Positions 49,019-59,919 of a stretch of 64,000 nucleotides of DNA are shown in pieces. The stretch is from Candidatus Improbicoccus pseudotrichonymphae (GTDB taxonomy: Bacteria > Bacillota > Clostridia > Oscillospirales > Acutalibacteraceae). The stretch covers positions 61,361 to 125,360 of the forward strand of contig AP027924.1 of assembly GCA_036322855.1 (NCBI GenBank). The letters are read 5' to 3'. Both the position numbers and the translations under genes were made by a program. Position 1 is the stretch's first letter. Each line of letters starts with the position of its first letter. Under the pieces are notes generated by a model. That model saw nothing but the letters and a program-made list of their open reading frames with translations, did no database searches and was not told where the DNA came from.

Positions 49019-49654
49019 ATGAAGAAAGCCATAATAGGTAAAAAGGTCGGTATGACTCATTTTTTTTCGGATTCCGGTAATTTTATTCCGATAACGGTTA
49101 TAGATACTTCGAGTTGTTTGGTTATTGAAAAGAAAACGATCGAAAAGAATGGTTATAACGCATCTAAAATTGGTTTCGGTGAAGTAAATAAAAAGCGATT
49201 AACGAAACCATTGAAAGTTTTTTTTGAAAAAAATAAACTCGAGCCGAGGAGAGTTCTGCATGAGTTCAAACTCGATGATTGTAAGATTTATGATATAGGA
49301 GAAACTCTTGGCCCGGAAATTTTTTCGGTAGGTGAAAAGGTAGATGTGACGTCGAACAGCAAAGGTAAAGGTTGGGCCGGTGTTATAAAGAGATGGAATT
49401 TTCATCGTTTGAAGGAAAGTCATGGTACCGGACCTGTTTCCAGGCATGGCGGTTCAATAGGCGCTTGTACCCGTCCTTCGAGAGTCTTCAAAGGAAAAAA
49501 GATGTCAGGGCATCTCGGGAATGAAAAAACAACCATTCAAAATCTTGAAGTTGTAAAAATAGACGCCAAGAAGAAATTAATGGCCGTAAAGGGATCGGTT
49601 CCGGGGCCTCGCGGTTGTGTTGTTTTTATAAAAAATACCGTAAAGGTAAAATAG
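49019..49654 (+). CDS. rplC: 50S ribosomal protein L3
   Basis: GKKVGMTHFF.., synteny. Confidence 0.92.
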   Translation: MKKAIIGKKVGMTHFFSDSGNFIPITVIDTSSCLVIEKKTIEKNGYNASKIGFGEVNKKRLTKPLKVFFEKNKLEPRRVLHEFKLDDCKIYDIGETLGPEIFSVGEKVDVTSNSKGKGWAGVIKRWNFHRLKESHGTGPVSRHGGSIGACTRPSRVFKGKKMSGHLGNEKTTIQNLEVVKIDAKKKLMAVKGSVPGPRGCVVFIKNTVKVK

Positions 49655-49668
49655 GAGGATTGTAGGTT

Positions 49669-50304
49669 ATGTCAAAGCAGTGTGTAATTGATATGCAGGG
49701 TGTCCGGGTAAAAGAAATAAACTTGCCGGATTCGATATTTGGTTTAGAACCCAATAGGTCGGCCATGCATTTGTCTATAGTTTCTTATTTGGCTTCGCAA
49801 CGCAGAGGGACTAAAAGTACTCTTACCAGGGCAGAGGTTTCTGGAGGCGGGAGAAAACCGTGGAAACAAAAAGGTACAGGACGTGCAAGACAAGGTTCGA
49901 CACGTTCTCCACAGTGGAGGCACGGAGGTTTGGCTTTTGCTCCCAAACCTCGTGATTTTTGTATATCTGTTAATAAAAAAGTTAATCGTTTGGGTATGAA
50001 ATCGGCGCTTTCTCTGAAATCGTTGAGTGGTGACATTATTGTTTTGGACGATTTATGTTTTAATGAGATAAAAACCAAAAAGATGGCTGAATTTTTGAAG
50101 TTGATAAATTCTAAAGCTAAGTCTGTAATAGTTTTGTCGAAATTAGATGAAAATGTTATAAAGTCAGCCAGAAATATAGAAGGACTGAAAACGGTGTATT
50201 TTCAAAATTTAAATACTTACAATATATTTTATTCCGGTAGTCTTATTTTGTCGTTGGAAAGTCTTAGTAAAGTGGTGGAGGGTATTTTTAATGAAAACCT
50301 ATAG
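49669..50304 (+). CDS. rplD: 50S ribosomal protein L4
   Basis: GGGRKPWKQKGTGRARQGS motif, synteny. Confidence 0.92.
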   Translation: MSKQCVIDMQGVRVKEINLPDSIFGLEPNRSAMHLSIVSYLASQRRGTKSTLTRAEVSGGGRKPWKQKGTGRARQGSTRSPQWRHGGLAFAPKPRDFCISVNKKVNRLGMKSALSLKSLSGDIIVLDDLCFNEIKTKKMAEFLKLINSKAKSVIVLSKLDENVIKSARNIEGLKTVYFQNLNTYNIFYSGSLILSLESLSKVVEGIFNENL

Positions 50305-50587
50305 TCAGGACATAATAATTAAACCGATAATTTCTGAAAAATCTAATTTTGGAATTCCTGAGCATCGTTATACGTTTAAGGTTGCCAGGAGTGCTAATAA
50401 AGTGCAGATAAAAAAGGCTGTAGAAGATATCTTTGATTTAAAAGTCGAAAAGGTAAATACCTTGAATGTTAGGGGAGTTGCCAGAAGAAGAAAAGATAAG
50501 GTGGGCTTTACACCAAGTTGGAAAAAAGCAATTGTTACTTTAAAACCGGGTCAGAAAGGCATAGAATTTTTTGATTCTATGTTATAG
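50291..50587 (+). CDS. rplW: 50S ribosomal protein L23
   Basis: IIKPIISEKS.., synteny. Confidence 0.9.
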   Translation: MKTYSQDIIIKPIISEKSNFGIPEHRYTFKVARSANKVQIKKAVEDIFDLKVEKVNTLNVRGVARRRKDKVGFTPSWKKAIVTLKPGQKGIEFFDSML

Positions 50588-50615
50588 TCGATATAAATTT
50601 TAGAGGTGGATAACT

Positions 50616-51449
50616 TTGGCAATCAAGATTTACAAACCAACAACTCCGGGTAGAAGAGGTATGACAAGTTTAGATTATTCTAAACTTTCGAAATCTCCTG
50701 CTGCTAAGAAATTGTTGAAGGTTTTAAAAAAGCATTCCGGGAGAAACAACTATGGGCGCATAACCGTAAGACATCGCGGCGGTGGTTGTAGAAGAAAGTA
50801 CAGAATTGTCGATTTTAAAAGAAACAAAGATGGTCAAGTAGGTGTTGTAAAAACAGTGGAATATGATCCAAATAGGAGCGCAAATATTGCTCTGGTGGAA
50901 TATTCTGACGGAAGTTTAAATTATATAATAAAACCTCAAGGTTTGGATGTGGGTTCTAAAGTAGTTTCGGGTCATGATTCTGATATCAAACCCGGAAATA
51001 CTTTAGAACTTTTGAAAATACCGGTTGGAACATTTGTTCATAACGTGGAATTACATCCGGGTCACGGTGGTCAATTGGCGAGAGCTGCCGGTATGATGGC
51101 GCAGCTGATGGCAAAAGAAAATAATCTTGCTTTGCTGCGTTTGCCTTCAGGTGAACTTAGGAATGTACAAATAAATTGTAGGGCCACCATAGGTCAAGTG
51201 GGAAATTTAGATCATGAAAATATAAACGTAGGAAAAGCCGGAAGGAATAGGCATAAAGGCAGAAGACCTCAGGTTCGTGGCGCCGCGATGAATCCGTGTG
51301 ATCATCCTCACGGAGGAGGGGAAGGGAAATCGCCCGTCGGCAGAAAGGGCCCTTTATCGCCTTGGGGGAAACCGACTTTGGGGTATAAAACCAGAAAAAA
51401 GAAAAATAAATCTAGCAAGTTTATAGTCAAAAGAAAAGATAAAAGATAA
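50616..51449 (+). CDS. rplB: 50S ribosomal protein L2
   Basis: [24 protein letters not shown]; TTG start. Confidence 0.93.
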   Translation: MAIKIYKPTTPGRRGMTSLDYSKLSKSPAAKKLLKVLKKHSGRNNYGRITVRHRGGGCRRKYRIVDFKRNKDGQVGVVKTVEYDPNRSANIALVEYSDGSLNYIIKPQGLDVGSKVVSGHDSDIKPGNTLELLKIPVGTFVHNVELHPGHGGQLARAAGMMAQLMAKENNLALLRLPSGELRNVQINCRATIGQVGNLDHENINVGKAGRNRHKGRRPQVRGAAMNPCDHPHGGGEGKSPVGRKGPLSPWGKPTLGYKTRKKKNKSSKFIVKRKDKR

Positions 51450-51472
51450 TTATTTTTAAGGAGGAAGGTATT

Positions 51473-51760
51473 GTGAGTAAGAGCTTGAAAAAAAAACCGT
51501 ATGTTCATCCAAGATTGCTAAAAAAAATCGAATTGATGAATGAGAAAAAAATAAAGGAAGTTATTAAAATTTGGAGTCGTGCTTCTACAATTTATCCGGA
51601 TTTTGTCGGACATACGATTGCTGTTCACAACGGCAGAAAACACATACCTGTATATATTACAGAGGATATGGTTGGCCACAAATTTGGTGAATTTGCTCCG
51701 ACCAGAACTTTTAAAGGACATGCTGCTTCGAGGGCTCAATCCAGCAGTAAAGAAAAGTAA
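51473..51760 (+). CDS. rpsS: 30S ribosomal protein S19
   Basis: [27 protein letters not shown]; GTG start. Confidence 0.93.
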   Translation: MSKSLKKKPYVHPRLLKKIELMNEKKIKEVIKIWSRASTIYPDFVGHTIAVHNGRKHIPVYITEDMVGHKFGEFAPTRTFKGHAASRAQSSSKEK

Positions 51761-51812
51761 GAAAAATAAGACTTAGATATTTTGATATTTTTATGAAAAA
51801 GGGGGTTGGAAA

Positions 51813-52166
51813 ATGAAAGCGTCTGTCAGTCATGTGAGAATTTCACCACGCAAAATAACCGCTATCTTAGATTTAATAAGAAACAAGAACGCGAATTATG
51901 CATTGGCCATACTAGATAATTTGAGGAAATCTGCAAGTCCGTGCATTGGAAAACTTTTGAGGTCAGCCATGGCAAATGCACAAAATAACAAAGGAATATC
52001 TACAAGTAATTTGTTTGTCTCGGAGTGTTATGTTTCGCCCGGGCCGATTATTCGAAGAATGCTTCCTGTTTCAAAGGGGCGTGGACATAGGATTTTGAAA
52101 CGTTGTTCACATATAAAAATTTTTTTAAAAGAAAAAGGTGGTGATGTAAATGGGACAAAAAATTAA
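51813..52166 (+). CDS. rplV: 50S ribosomal protein L22
   Basis: VRISPRK.., synteny. Confidence 0.9.
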   Translation: MKASVSHVRISPRKITAILDLIRNKNANYALAILDNLRKSASPCIGKLLRSAMANAQNNKGISTSNLFVSECYVSPGPIIRRMLPVSKGRGHRILKRCSHIKIFLKEKGGDVNGTKN

Positions 52167-52890
52167 TCCAAATGGTTTTAGGATTGGCATAAATAAAAAT
52201 TGGTCTTCGCGGTGGCTCGCTAAAAAAAACGAGGTTCCGGGTTTGCTGGTCGAAGATAGCAGGATAAGAAAGAATCTGAAGAGTAAGTTCTATCATTCGG
52301 GAATTTCCAAAATAGAAATTGAAAGAGATAATTCCAAAATTAGAATTTATGTTTTCTGTGCAAAACCCGGTATAATGATAGGACGCGGAGGATCAGGAAT
52401 AGAAAAGGTTAGATTCGAATGTGAAGCAATTTCAAAAAGACCTGTTTTGATAAATGTAGTCGAAATTAAACAGCCGGATTCGACGTCTCAGTTAGTAGCG
52501 GAGAGTATAGCCCAACAACTTGAAAAGAGGGTTCCTTTCAGAAGAGTAATTAAAAAAGCAATGGGTCAGTCTATGAAATCCGGAGTTTCAAAAGGAATAA
52601 AAGTACAGGTAGGTGGTCGTTTGGGTGGTACAGACATAGCAAGATCTGAGTGCTATCGAGAGGGAAGTATTCCTCTGCAGACAATTAGAGCCAATATTGA
52701 TTATGGTTTTGCCGAGGCGTTTACTACTTACGGTCAGATAGGTGTGAAAGTTTGGATTTATAAAGGCGAAATTTTTAAGAAGGAAACTAAAGACAATTTG
52801 GATTTTCTTAAAAAGACTGAAAATAATAAAAACAGTGGGGTGAAATCTGGTGTTGTTGCCAAAAAAAACGAAGTACAGAAAGGCACATAG
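52150..52890 (+). CDS. rpsC: 30S ribosomal protein S3
   Basis: [15 protein letters not shown]-domain GRGGSGIE. Confidence 0.93.
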   Translation: MGQKINPNGFRIGINKNWSSRWLAKKNEVPGLLVEDSRIRKNLKSKFYHSGISKIEIERDNSKIRIYVFCAKPGIMIGRGGSGIEKVRFECEAISKRPVLINVVEIKQPDSTSQLVAESIAQQLEKRVPFRRVIKKAMGQSMKSGVSKGIKVQVGGRLGGTDIARSECYREGSIPLQTIRANIDYGFAEAFTTYGQIGVKVWIYKGEIFKKETKDNLDFLKKTENNKNSGVKSGVVAKKNEVQKGT

Positions 52891-53299
52891 AGGAAGAATG
52901 ACAGGAAAAGCCGTGAGGGGTTCTAGAGTGACGTATGGAACGTTTGGTTTGCAATCTTTGGAATGCGCCTGGATTACGTCTAATCAGATAGAGGCTGCGC
53001 GTGTGGCTTTGACCAGATACTGCAAAAGATTGGGCAGAGTTTGGATTACTATATTTCCGGATAAGCCCGTTTCCAAAAAACCGGCAGAAACAAGAATGGG
53101 TAAGGGGAAGGGTGCTCCTGAGTTTTGGGTTGCTGTTGTAAAGCCAAATCGTGTAATGTTTGAACTTGCGGATGTTTCCGAAAAGATAGCAAAAGAGGCC
53201 ATGAGACTGGCAGCAAATAAACTTCCGGTCAAGTGTAAATTTATAAAACGCGAAGATGTTTTTGTAAGCAAGGGGGTTAACATAAATGAAAGCGGTTGA
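52850..53299 (+). CDS. rplP: 50S ribosomal protein L16
   Basis: [14 protein letters not shown]; GTG start overlapping the rpsC end. Confidence 0.92.
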   Translation: MLLPKKTKYRKAHRGRMTGKAVRGSRVTYGTFGLQSLECAWITSNQIEAARVALTRYCKRLGRVWITIFPDKPVSKKPAETRMGKGKGAPEFWVAVVKPNRVMFELADVSEKIAKEAMRLAANKLPVKCKFIKREDVFVSKGVNINESG

Positions 53300-53483
53300 T
53301 GTAAGGAAGTTGTCTTTAGAAGAAATAGACGGTAAAATCAAAGATTACAAGTCTGAGCTTTTTAATTTGCGTTTCCAGTTGTCGATTAATCAACTTAAAA
53401 ATATAATGCGTATATGCAAAGTAAAAAAAAATATAGCTAGACTGTTAACTGTCAGAAATGAAATTGTTAATGCGAAAAGTTAG
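53286..53483 (+). CDS. rpmC: 50S ribosomal protein L29
   Basis: ELFNLRFQL motif, synteny. Confidence 0.88.
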   Translation: MKAVDVRKLSLEEIDGKIKDYKSELFNLRFQLSINQLKNIMRICKVKKNIARLLTVRNEIVNAKS

Positions 53484-53525
53484 TATATTTTAGGCATCAT
53501 ATTTTACGAATGAGGAGTTAATATT

Positions 53526-53801
53526 TTGATTTTAAATTCCGAAAAAAAAATAAGAAATCATAGAAAAGTTAAATTGGGTAGAGTAGTAAGTGATAAAATG
53601 AATAAAACGATAGTGGTTTCTGTTTCATATTTTATCAAGCATAAATTATATAAGAAAATATTGTCAAGAACCCTTAAGGTTAAGGCTCATGATGAGAATA
53701 ATGAGTGTCGTACCGGGGATATTGTTAGAATAATGGAAACACGCCCTCTTTCCAAAGAAAAAAGATGGCGTTTGGTTAGTGTGATTAATAAGGCGAAATG
53801 A
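53526..53801 (+). CDS. rpsQ: 30S ribosomal protein S17
   Basis: [14 protein letters not shown].., synteny; TTG start. Confidence 0.9.
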   Translation: MILNSEKKIRNHRKVKLGRVVSDKMNKTIVVSVSYFIKHKLYKKILSRTLKVKAHDENNECRTGDIVRIMETRPLSKEKRWRLVSVINKAK

Positions 53802-53835
53802 TCGGTGCATACTAATTAATTGATAGAGGTGTGGA

Positions 53836-54201
53836 GTGATTCAGGTACAATCGAGATTAAAAGTAGCGGATAATACCGGGGCTAAAGTAATTATGTGTAT
53901 AAAAGTTTTAGGCGGCTCAAAACGGAGGTATGCTTTTATAGGAGATGTCATTGTAGCGTCCGTAAAAAAAGCAACACCTGGCGGCATGTCAAAGAAAGGC
54001 GAGGTTGTTAAGGCCGTAGTTGTCAGAACAAAAAAAATTACACGCAGAAGAGATGGAACATATGTAAGGTTTGATGAAAACGCGGCAGTTTTAATAAAAG
54101 ATGATAAGAATCCGCGCGGTACAAGGATTTTTGGTCCCATAGCCAGGGAATTGCGCAAGAATTTTCTAAAAATTGCCAGCCTGGCACCGGAAATAATATA
54201 G
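53836..54201 (+). CDS. rplN: 50S ribosomal protein L14
   Basis: [17 protein letters not shown]. Confidence 0.93.
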   Translation: MIQVQSRLKVADNTGAKVIMCIKVLGGSKRRYAFIGDVIVASVKKATPGGMSKKGEVVKAVVVRTKKITRRRDGTYVRFDENAAVLIKDDKNPRGTRIFGPIARELRKNFLKIASLAPEII

Positions 54202-54313
54202 TAGTTATTTTCGGGTGTTTTATTTTTTTTGTAAATAATTGACATAAAGGTTTTGTTATGAAAGAATTAGAACACTTTGGGTGAGCTTATCTGTATTTTG
54301 CTTATTTTGTTAA

Positions 54314-54664
54314 TTGGAGGTGCTGAAAATTTTAAAGAAATGTATTAAAGGAAATAAGGTTCATGTCAGGCGCGGCGATACAGTTGCTATTATTTCAGGT
54401 AAAGATAAAGGAAAACGTGGGAAGGTCTTGGCCGTCAGCTTGAAAGAGTCTAAAATAATGGTTTCCGGTGTAAAGATAGTTTCTAAACATGCCAAGGCCA
54501 GGAATCAAAGCGAGGAAAGCGGTATTATTAAAACGGAAGGTGCGTTTTATTCCTGTAAAGCGCAGCTGGTGTGCCCGCATTGTAATCAATTGACCAGAAT
54601 TATGCATGTGTTTGAAAATAATAAGAAACATCGTTCGTGCAAAAAGTGTAGAAAAATAATATAA
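54314..54664 (+). CDS. rplX: 50S ribosomal protein L24 (with C-terminal CxxC..CxxC)
   Basis: VRRGDTVAIISGKDKGKRGKVL KOW motif. Start uncertain (GGAGGTG SD lies inside the track ORF). Confidence 0.85.
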   Translation: MEVLKILKKCIKGNKVHVRRGDTVAIISGKDKGKRGKVLAVSLKESKIMVSGVKIVSKHAKARNQSEESGIIKTEGAFYSCKAQLVCPHCNQLTRIMHVFENNKKHRSCKKCRKII

Positions 54665-54695
54665 TTTTGTGTAAAATTTTTGCGTAGGAGGTCAT

Positions 54696-55241
54696 GTGCT
54701 GTTGTCTAGATTGAAGGAGCTTTATAGGAATGAAATAATTCCTAAACTTTCTGGGAAGTTTGATATTAAGAATTTGATGTCTGTGCCCAAATTGGAAAAG
54801 ATAATTGTCAGCGTGGGAATAAGCGAGGTGAAAGATAGTAATAAGACAATAAGCTCCATTATGGATTATATATCTTTAATAACAAGTCAAAAACCGGTGG
54901 TTTGTCTTGCTAAAAAATCGATATCAAATTTTAAGATTAGAGAAGGTATGAAGATAGGTGTTAAGGTCACATTGAGAAGGGAAAGAATGTACGAGTTTGT
55001 TGACAGATTATTTAATCTTGCTCTGCCGCGAGTGCGTGATTTTCGCGGGATAGATTCGAAAAGTTTTGATGGTAAGGGGAATTATAATATGGGGATAAAA
55101 GAACAACTTGTTTTTCCGGAAGTGGAATATAATAAGATAGATAAAATAAGAGGAATGAATATTTGTATAGTAACTACAGCAAAGGAAGATGGCCACGCTA
55201 AGGAATTGCTTACGCTTTTGGGCGCTCCTTTTTCCCAGTAG
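54696..55241 (+). CDS. rplE: 50S ribosomal protein L5
   Basis: LKELYRNEIIPKL.., synteny; GTG start. Confidence 0.92.
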   Translation: MLLSRLKELYRNEIIPKLSGKFDIKNLMSVPKLEKIIVSVGISEVKDSNKTISSIMDYISLITSQKPVVCLAKKSISNFKIREGMKIGVKVTLRRERMYEFVDRLFNLALPRVRDFRGIDSKSFDGKGNYNMGIKEQLVFPEVEYNKIDKIRGMNICIVTTAKEDGHAKELLTLLGAPFSQ

Positions 55242-55265
55242 TAGTTTTAGTCAGGAGGTGTATTG

Positions 55266-55451
55266 ATGGCAAAATTATCTTTAATCGCACGTCAAAAACG
55301 TAAGCCGAAGTATGCAACGCGTGCCTATGCTAGATGTAATTTGTGTGGTAGAACGCGGAGTTTCATAAGACAGTTTGGTATTTGTAGAATATGTTTTAGA
55401 AATTTAGCGCATAGAGGCGAGATACCCGGGGTAAAGAAAGCAAGTTGGTAA
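55266..55451 (+). CDS. rpsN: 30S ribosomal protein S14, zinc-binding type Z
   Basis: 61 aa, CNLCGR..CRIC, ends KASW. Confidence 0.92.
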   Translation: MAKLSLIARQKRKPKYATRAYARCNLCGRTRSFIRQFGICRICFRNLAHRGEIPGVKKASW

Positions 55452-55487
55452 AGATTTTTGTTTAAAAAATTTTAAGGGGAGTGTATA

Positions 55488-55886
55488 ATGCAAGTTACGG
55501 ATTCTATAGCAGATTTGCTTACTCGCATGAGAAATGCATATCGTGCCAAGCATTTGAGCGTAGAGATTCCTGCTTCAAAAATGAAACGTGAAGTAATCAG
55601 AGTTTTGCTGGAAGAAGGATATATTAACAGATATGTGTTTTTGGGCGACGGCAAACAGGGAATTATTAAGATTTTTCTTAAATATATCAACGGTAAAATT
55701 CCGGCTTTAAAATCTTTAAAAAGAGTTTCCAAACCGGGATTGCGGATATATAGCAAGGTTAAAAATTTGCCGGTTGTTATGAATGGATTAGGGATTTCAA
55801 TTTTAAGTACTCCCAGAGGCGTTATGACGTCTCGAAGAGCTAAGGAGTATTGTGTCGGCGGAGAGGTATTGGCTTATGTTTGGTAA
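55488..55886 (+). CDS. rpsH: 30S ribosomal protein S8
   Basis: DSIADLLTRMRNA.. Confidence 0.92.
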   Translation: MQVTDSIADLLTRMRNAYRAKHLSVEIPASKMKREVIRVLLEEGYINRYVFLGDGKQGIIKIFLKYINGKIPALKSLKRVSKPGLRIYSKVKNLPVVMNGLGISILSTPRGVMTSRRAKEYCVGGEVLAYVW

Positions 55887-55910
55887 TTTAGGATAAGGTG
55901 GTGAAAAGTT

Positions 55911-56456
55911 GTGTCAAGAATAGGAATGAAACCTATAAGTATTCCGGAAGGAGTTAAGGTAGGTTTATCGGATTTTGTTTTGAGAATCGAAGGTCCTAAG
56001 GGTGAGTTAAGTCAAAATATACATGAAAATATAAAAGTTGAAATAAAACCCAATGAGATAATTGTAAGCAGGCCTGATGAAACTAAATTTAATAAATCAT
56101 TGCACGGGTTAATGCGTTCTCTTATATTTAACATGGTTAAAGGTGTGACCGAAGGATTTGAAAGGGTTCTTGAAATAAATGGCGTTGGTTACAAAGCTCA
56201 AAAGCAGGGTAATAAATTGCTTATGAATTTGGGCTATTCACATCAGGTTTTTGTAGAAGAACAGGATGACATAAAGTTAGATGTGTCTGGTAATAAGGTT
56301 AAAGTATCTGGTATCGATAAACAAAAAGTTGGTCAGTTCGCCGCAAATATCAGGTCGAAAAGACCTCCTGAACCATATCAAGGAAAGGGAATTAAATATT
56401 TAGAGGAAATTATTAAGAGAAAAGAAGGTAAAGCTGGTAAATCTGCGAAAAAATAG
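55911..56456 (+). CDS. rplF: 50S ribosomal protein L6
   Basis: [14 protein letters not shown]..; GTG start. Confidence 0.92.
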   Translation: MSRIGMKPISIPEGVKVGLSDFVLRIEGPKGELSQNIHENIKVEIKPNEIIVSRPDETKFNKSLHGLMRSLIFNMVKGVTEGFERVLEINGVGYKAQKQGNKLLMNLGYSHQVFVEEQDDIKLDVSGNKVKVSGIDKQKVGQFAANIRSKRPPEPYQGKGIKYLEEIIKRKEGKAGKSAKK

Positions 56457-56473
56457 AAGGAGGTGTTTTAAAA

Positions 56474-56827
56474 TTGATTAAAAAGATATTAAGAAACGAA
56501 AGAAGAGTTAAGCGCCGCAGAAGAGTTAGGGGAAGAATTTTTGGCACGATCGGGCGCCCACGCCTGAGTGTTTTTCGTTCTTTGAATCACATTTATGCTC
56601 AGATTATAGACGATGAACACGGCAATACGTTAGTTTCTGCTTCGAGTTTAGAACAAAAGATAGTTCAATCTAAGATGCAGTGCGCCAAAGAAGTTGGAAA
56701 GATTTTGGCAGTAAAAGCCCTGGAAAAGAAGATAGATACGGTGGTTTTTGACAGAAACGGGTATTTGTATCATGGCAAAGTTAAAGAATTAGCCGAAAGT
56801 GCCAGGGCGCAAGGTTTAAAATTTTAA
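56474..56827 (+). CDS. rplR: 50S ribosomal protein L18
   Basis: [20 protein letters not shown]; TTG start. Confidence 0.92.
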   Translation: MIKKILRNERRVKRRRRVRGRIFGTIGRPRLSVFRSLNHIYAQIIDDEHGNTLVSASSLEQKIVQSKMQCAKEVGKILAVKALEKKIDTVVFDRNGYLYHGKVKELAESARAQGLKF

Positions 56828-56855
56828 AATTAATTGATTATAACGAGGTGAAAAG

Positions 56856-57368
56856 TTGAAAGATAAGAAAGTAATTTCCATAGAAAGTCAACCGGTTTTA
56901 AAAGAACGTTTAGTTACGGTTAATAGGGTGTCTAAAACCGTGAAAGGCGGGCGTATTTTTAAATTTTCTGCTTTGATTGTGGTCGGTGATGGCAGAGGAA
57001 CGGTTGGAATAGGATTAGGCAAGGCAAGCGAAATACCTGATGCGATACGTAAGGGTATAGAAGACGCCAAGAAAAATGTTGTTAAAGTAAACTTGAAGGG
57101 CGGTACTATTCCGCATGAAATTTTAGGCAAATTTGGCGCTGCTATGGTTTTATTGAAGCCCGCTCCACCCGGTACAGGTGTCCTTGCCGGTGGCTCGGCG
57201 AGGGCCGTGCTTGAAGCTGCCGGAATTTCCGATTTGCGTGCGAAGTCGTTGAGATCTAATAATCCGTGTAACGTTGTCAGGGCAGTTATTTGTGGATTAA
57301 AAAATTTGAGTACCGAAGAGCAAGTTTTTCAAAGGCGTTCCAAGGAAACAGAAGAGTTATTTTTTTAG
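56856..57368 (+). CDS. rpsE: 30S ribosomal protein S5
   Basis: [24 protein letters not shown]; TTG start. Confidence 0.92.
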   Translation: MKDKKVISIESQPVLKERLVTVNRVSKTVKGGRIFKFSALIVVGDGRGTVGIGLGKASEIPDAIRKGIEDAKKNVVKVNLKGGTIPHEILGKFGAAMVLLKPAPPGTGVLAGGSARAVLEAAGISDLRAKSLRSNNPCNVVRAVICGLKNLSTEEQVFQRRSKETEELFF

Positions 57369-57454
57369 TTTATTGATTGACTTTAAGAATCAAATGTAAT
57401 ATCATCTTCGTTTAGAGTTTTGGTGATTCTTTATAAAAAAGAGGTGATAAATTT

Positions 57455-57895
57455 ATGAAAAATATTGATTTTCAATTGAGTAGCGAAGCAAAAAAGAAAA
57501 AACGAAGGATAGGTAGAGGACATGGTTCCGGTTGGGGTAAGACATCTGGGAAGGGCCATAAAGGTCAAAAGGCTCGTTCGGGCGGAAGAATTCGTTGGGG
57601 ATTTGAAGGTGGTCAGCTGCCATTGCAACGTCGTTTACCTAAGCGCGGATTTAACAACAAATTTGCGTTGAAGGTTGTTGCAGTAACTTTGGGTAGTTTA
57701 GAAGTTTTTGACGAAAATTCGGTTGTTGATATTTCTGGTTTGTGCAAGGTGGGTTTGGTTAAACGGAGATTTGATAAAATTAAGATAATCTCCGGCGGAG
57801 AGCTAAAAAAGAAGCTCAACGTGAGAGTAAATTCGTTTTCCTCCACGGCAAGGCAAACCATTGTTTCGCTTGGCGGAACTGCGGAGGTGATGTAG
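57455..57895 (+). CDS. rplO: 50S ribosomal protein L15
   Basis: RIGRGHGSGWGKTSGKGHKGQKARSG. Confidence 0.92.
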   Translation: MKNIDFQLSSEAKKKKRRIGRGHGSGWGKTSGKGHKGQKARSGGRIRWGFEGGQLPLQRRLPKRGFNNKFALKVVAVTLGSLEVFDENSVVDISGLCKVGLVKRRFDKIKIISGGELKKKLNVRVNSFSSTARQTIVSLGGTAEVM

Positions 57896-57897
57896 AA

Positions 57898-59226
57898 ATG
57901 ATTTCTACTTTGAAAAAAACTTGGAAATCTGGAAACTTAAAAGATAAGTTGCTTTTTACAATTTTAATAATGATTGTGTTTAGAATAGGCTCGATAATAC
58001 CTATACCGTTTTTGGATCCTCATGCTTTAAAAATGTTTGTGAGTAACATGTCTGGTGTGGGAGCTTTGATGTCCTACCTTGATGCATTGTCCGGTGGTGC
58101 TTTTGCTCATGCCACGTTATTTGCGATGTCAATTCAGCCATATATTAATGCACAAATAATGATGCAGTTGCTGACGTATTCAATTCCTTTTCTTGAAGCT
58201 ATACAGCGCGAAGGGGAGGAGGGTCATAGGCGTATTATGGCAATTACTCGTGGTTTAACTGTTGTTATAAGTATTATGCAAGGTTTTGGCTATTATTCGT
58301 TATTAAGAAGTCGTGGCACAGCTGGTGTGAGTATAATAAAGTATACTCAGGGTTTTGAGGGCGTTTTTACGATGTTGGTTATTGTTTCTGTATTTACCGC
58401 CGGTTCGGCGCTGATGATGTGGTTAGGAGAACAGATTAATGAAAAAGGGATAGGCAACGGGGTTTCTATAATGATGTTTGCCGGTATTGTTTCGAGAATG
58501 CCATCGCTCGTTACACAGTTAGGGGCTTATTTGTACTTTGCGATAACACAACCTGCCGAATACTGGAAGTTTTACATATTCGTTGCTGTGTTTATTTTGA
58601 CTTTTTTGGGCATGATGTGGTTGATTGTTTTTACAAACGATGCAGAACGCAGAATACCAATTCAGTACGCCAAAAGAGTTGTCGGGCGAAAAATGTTTGG
58701 AAGCGAAAACAGTTATTTGCCTTTTAAGATTGGTTTAGCCGGTGTTATGCCGGTTGTGTTTGCAAGCACAATTTTAGGTGTTCCTACCATTGTAAGTCTT
58801 TTTCTCAATCCTTCTGGCTTTTTCAAAAAAGTTTTGGGATTATTTTCGATGGATAGCTGGTTCTACACTGTTGTGTTTTTCTTTTTGATTATATTTTTTG
58901 CATATTTTTACGTTTCTATAACATATAATCCAATTGAAATTTCAAATAATTTGAGGCAAAGCGGAGGCGCAATACCTGGTTTGAGGCCGGGAAGGACGAC
59001 TACGCTGTATCTAACGAAAGTTCTTAATTATGTAATTTTTACCGGGGCTTTATTTTTAGCATTTATATCTATTTTCCCGATATTTTTTATAAGTTTTCCG
59101 GAGTTAAGAAATTTGTCCATAAGCGGCACCTCAATAGTAATATTGGTTGGTACTGCTTTGGAAACGATTAAGATTTTGGAATCTCAAACTGCGATGAAAC
59201 AGCATAAAGGATTTTTAGATGCTTAA
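57898..59226 (+). CDS. secY: preprotein translocase subunit SecY
   Basis: 442-aa polytopic protein in the canonical position; LGEQINEKGIGNG motif. Confidence 0.93.
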   Translation: MISTLKKTWKSGNLKDKLLFTILIMIVFRIGSIIPIPFLDPHALKMFVSNMSGVGALMSYLDALSGGAFAHATLFAMSIQPYINAQIMMQLLTYSIPFLEAIQREGEEGHRRIMAITRGLTVVISIMQGFGYYSLLRSRGTAGVSIIKYTQGFEGVFTMLVIVSVFTAGSALMMWLGEQINEKGIGNGVSIMMFAGIVSRMPSLVTQLGAYLYFAITQPAEYWKFYIFVAVFILTFLGMMWLIVFTNDAERRIPIQYAKRVVGRKMFGSENSYLPFKIGLAGVMPVVFASTILGVPTIVSLFLNPSGFFKKVLGLFSMDSWFYTVVFFFLIIFFAYFYVSITYNPIEISNNLRQSGGAIPGLRPGRTTTLYLTKVLNYVIFTGALFLAFISIFPIFFISFPELRNLSISGTSIVILVGTALETIKILESQTAMKQHKGFLDA

Positions 59227-59274
59227 TAAATAGTATGATATAAATATTATATTAGGAGGAGTTAACAGGTCTGT

Positions 59275-59919
59275 ATGATAATTATTTTTCTTGGTCCCCC
59301 CGGTGCCGGCAAAGGTACACACGCTGCGATTCTTAGAGCTAAGTTAAGTATTCCGTTGGTGTGTGCCGGAGATATAATAAGAGAAACGATTAGGAACAAG
59401 TTAAAATTTGCCGATGAACTTAAAAAATTTACAGAAAAGGGTTTGTTGGTTCCGGATGAGTTAGTAATAAATATAATAAAAAACAGAATTTTGTCCGATG
59501 ATTGTAAAAATGGATTTATTTTAGATGGGTTCCCTCGAACGTTAGTTCAGGCTTTGGCGCTAGAGGAGATAAAGATCAAAGCGGATTTTGTAATAAACGT
59601 TGAAACTTCTGATGAAGTTATATGTAGTAGAATATTGGGCAGGCGTGTATGTTCATCATGTGGGGCTGTTTATAATGTTTTCACGGAAATGAAACCTAGA
59701 GTTGAAGATATTTGCGATGTATGTGGGAAAGATTTAATAAAAAGAAAAGATGACGTTTCTTCAGATGTTGTGATGAAACGTTTACAAGTATATCAGGAAG
59801 AAACTTCTCCTCTTGTGGATTATTACAAAAATATGGGTAAAATTTTGACAGTTGATGGCGCAGAACCGTTGAATGAGATCTCGGAAAAAATTTTAAAGGT
59901 AATAAATGGCGATAAATAA
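59275..59919 (+). CDS. adk: adenylate kinase (zinc lid type)
   Basis: P-loop GPPGAGKGT, lid CSSCG..CDVCG. Confidence 0.93.
   Translation: MIIIFLGPPGAGKGTHAAILRAKLSIPLVCAGDIIRETIRNKLKFADELKKFTEKGLLVPDELVINIIKNRILSDDCKNGFILDGFPRTLVQALALEEIKIKADFVINVETSDEVICSRILGRRVCSSCGAVYNVFTEMKPRVEDICDVCGKDLIKRKDDVSSDVVMKRLQVYQEETSPLVDYYKNMGKILTVDGAEPLNEISEKILKVINGDK

Noticed and set aside
52808-53341. 177-aa minus-strand ORF, plus many other 60-130-aa antisense ORFs inside ribosomal, clpX, pgk, dnaX, SpoIIM-like and other genes
   Set aside because: They are fully nested antisense to strongly supported conserved genes and have no independent support.
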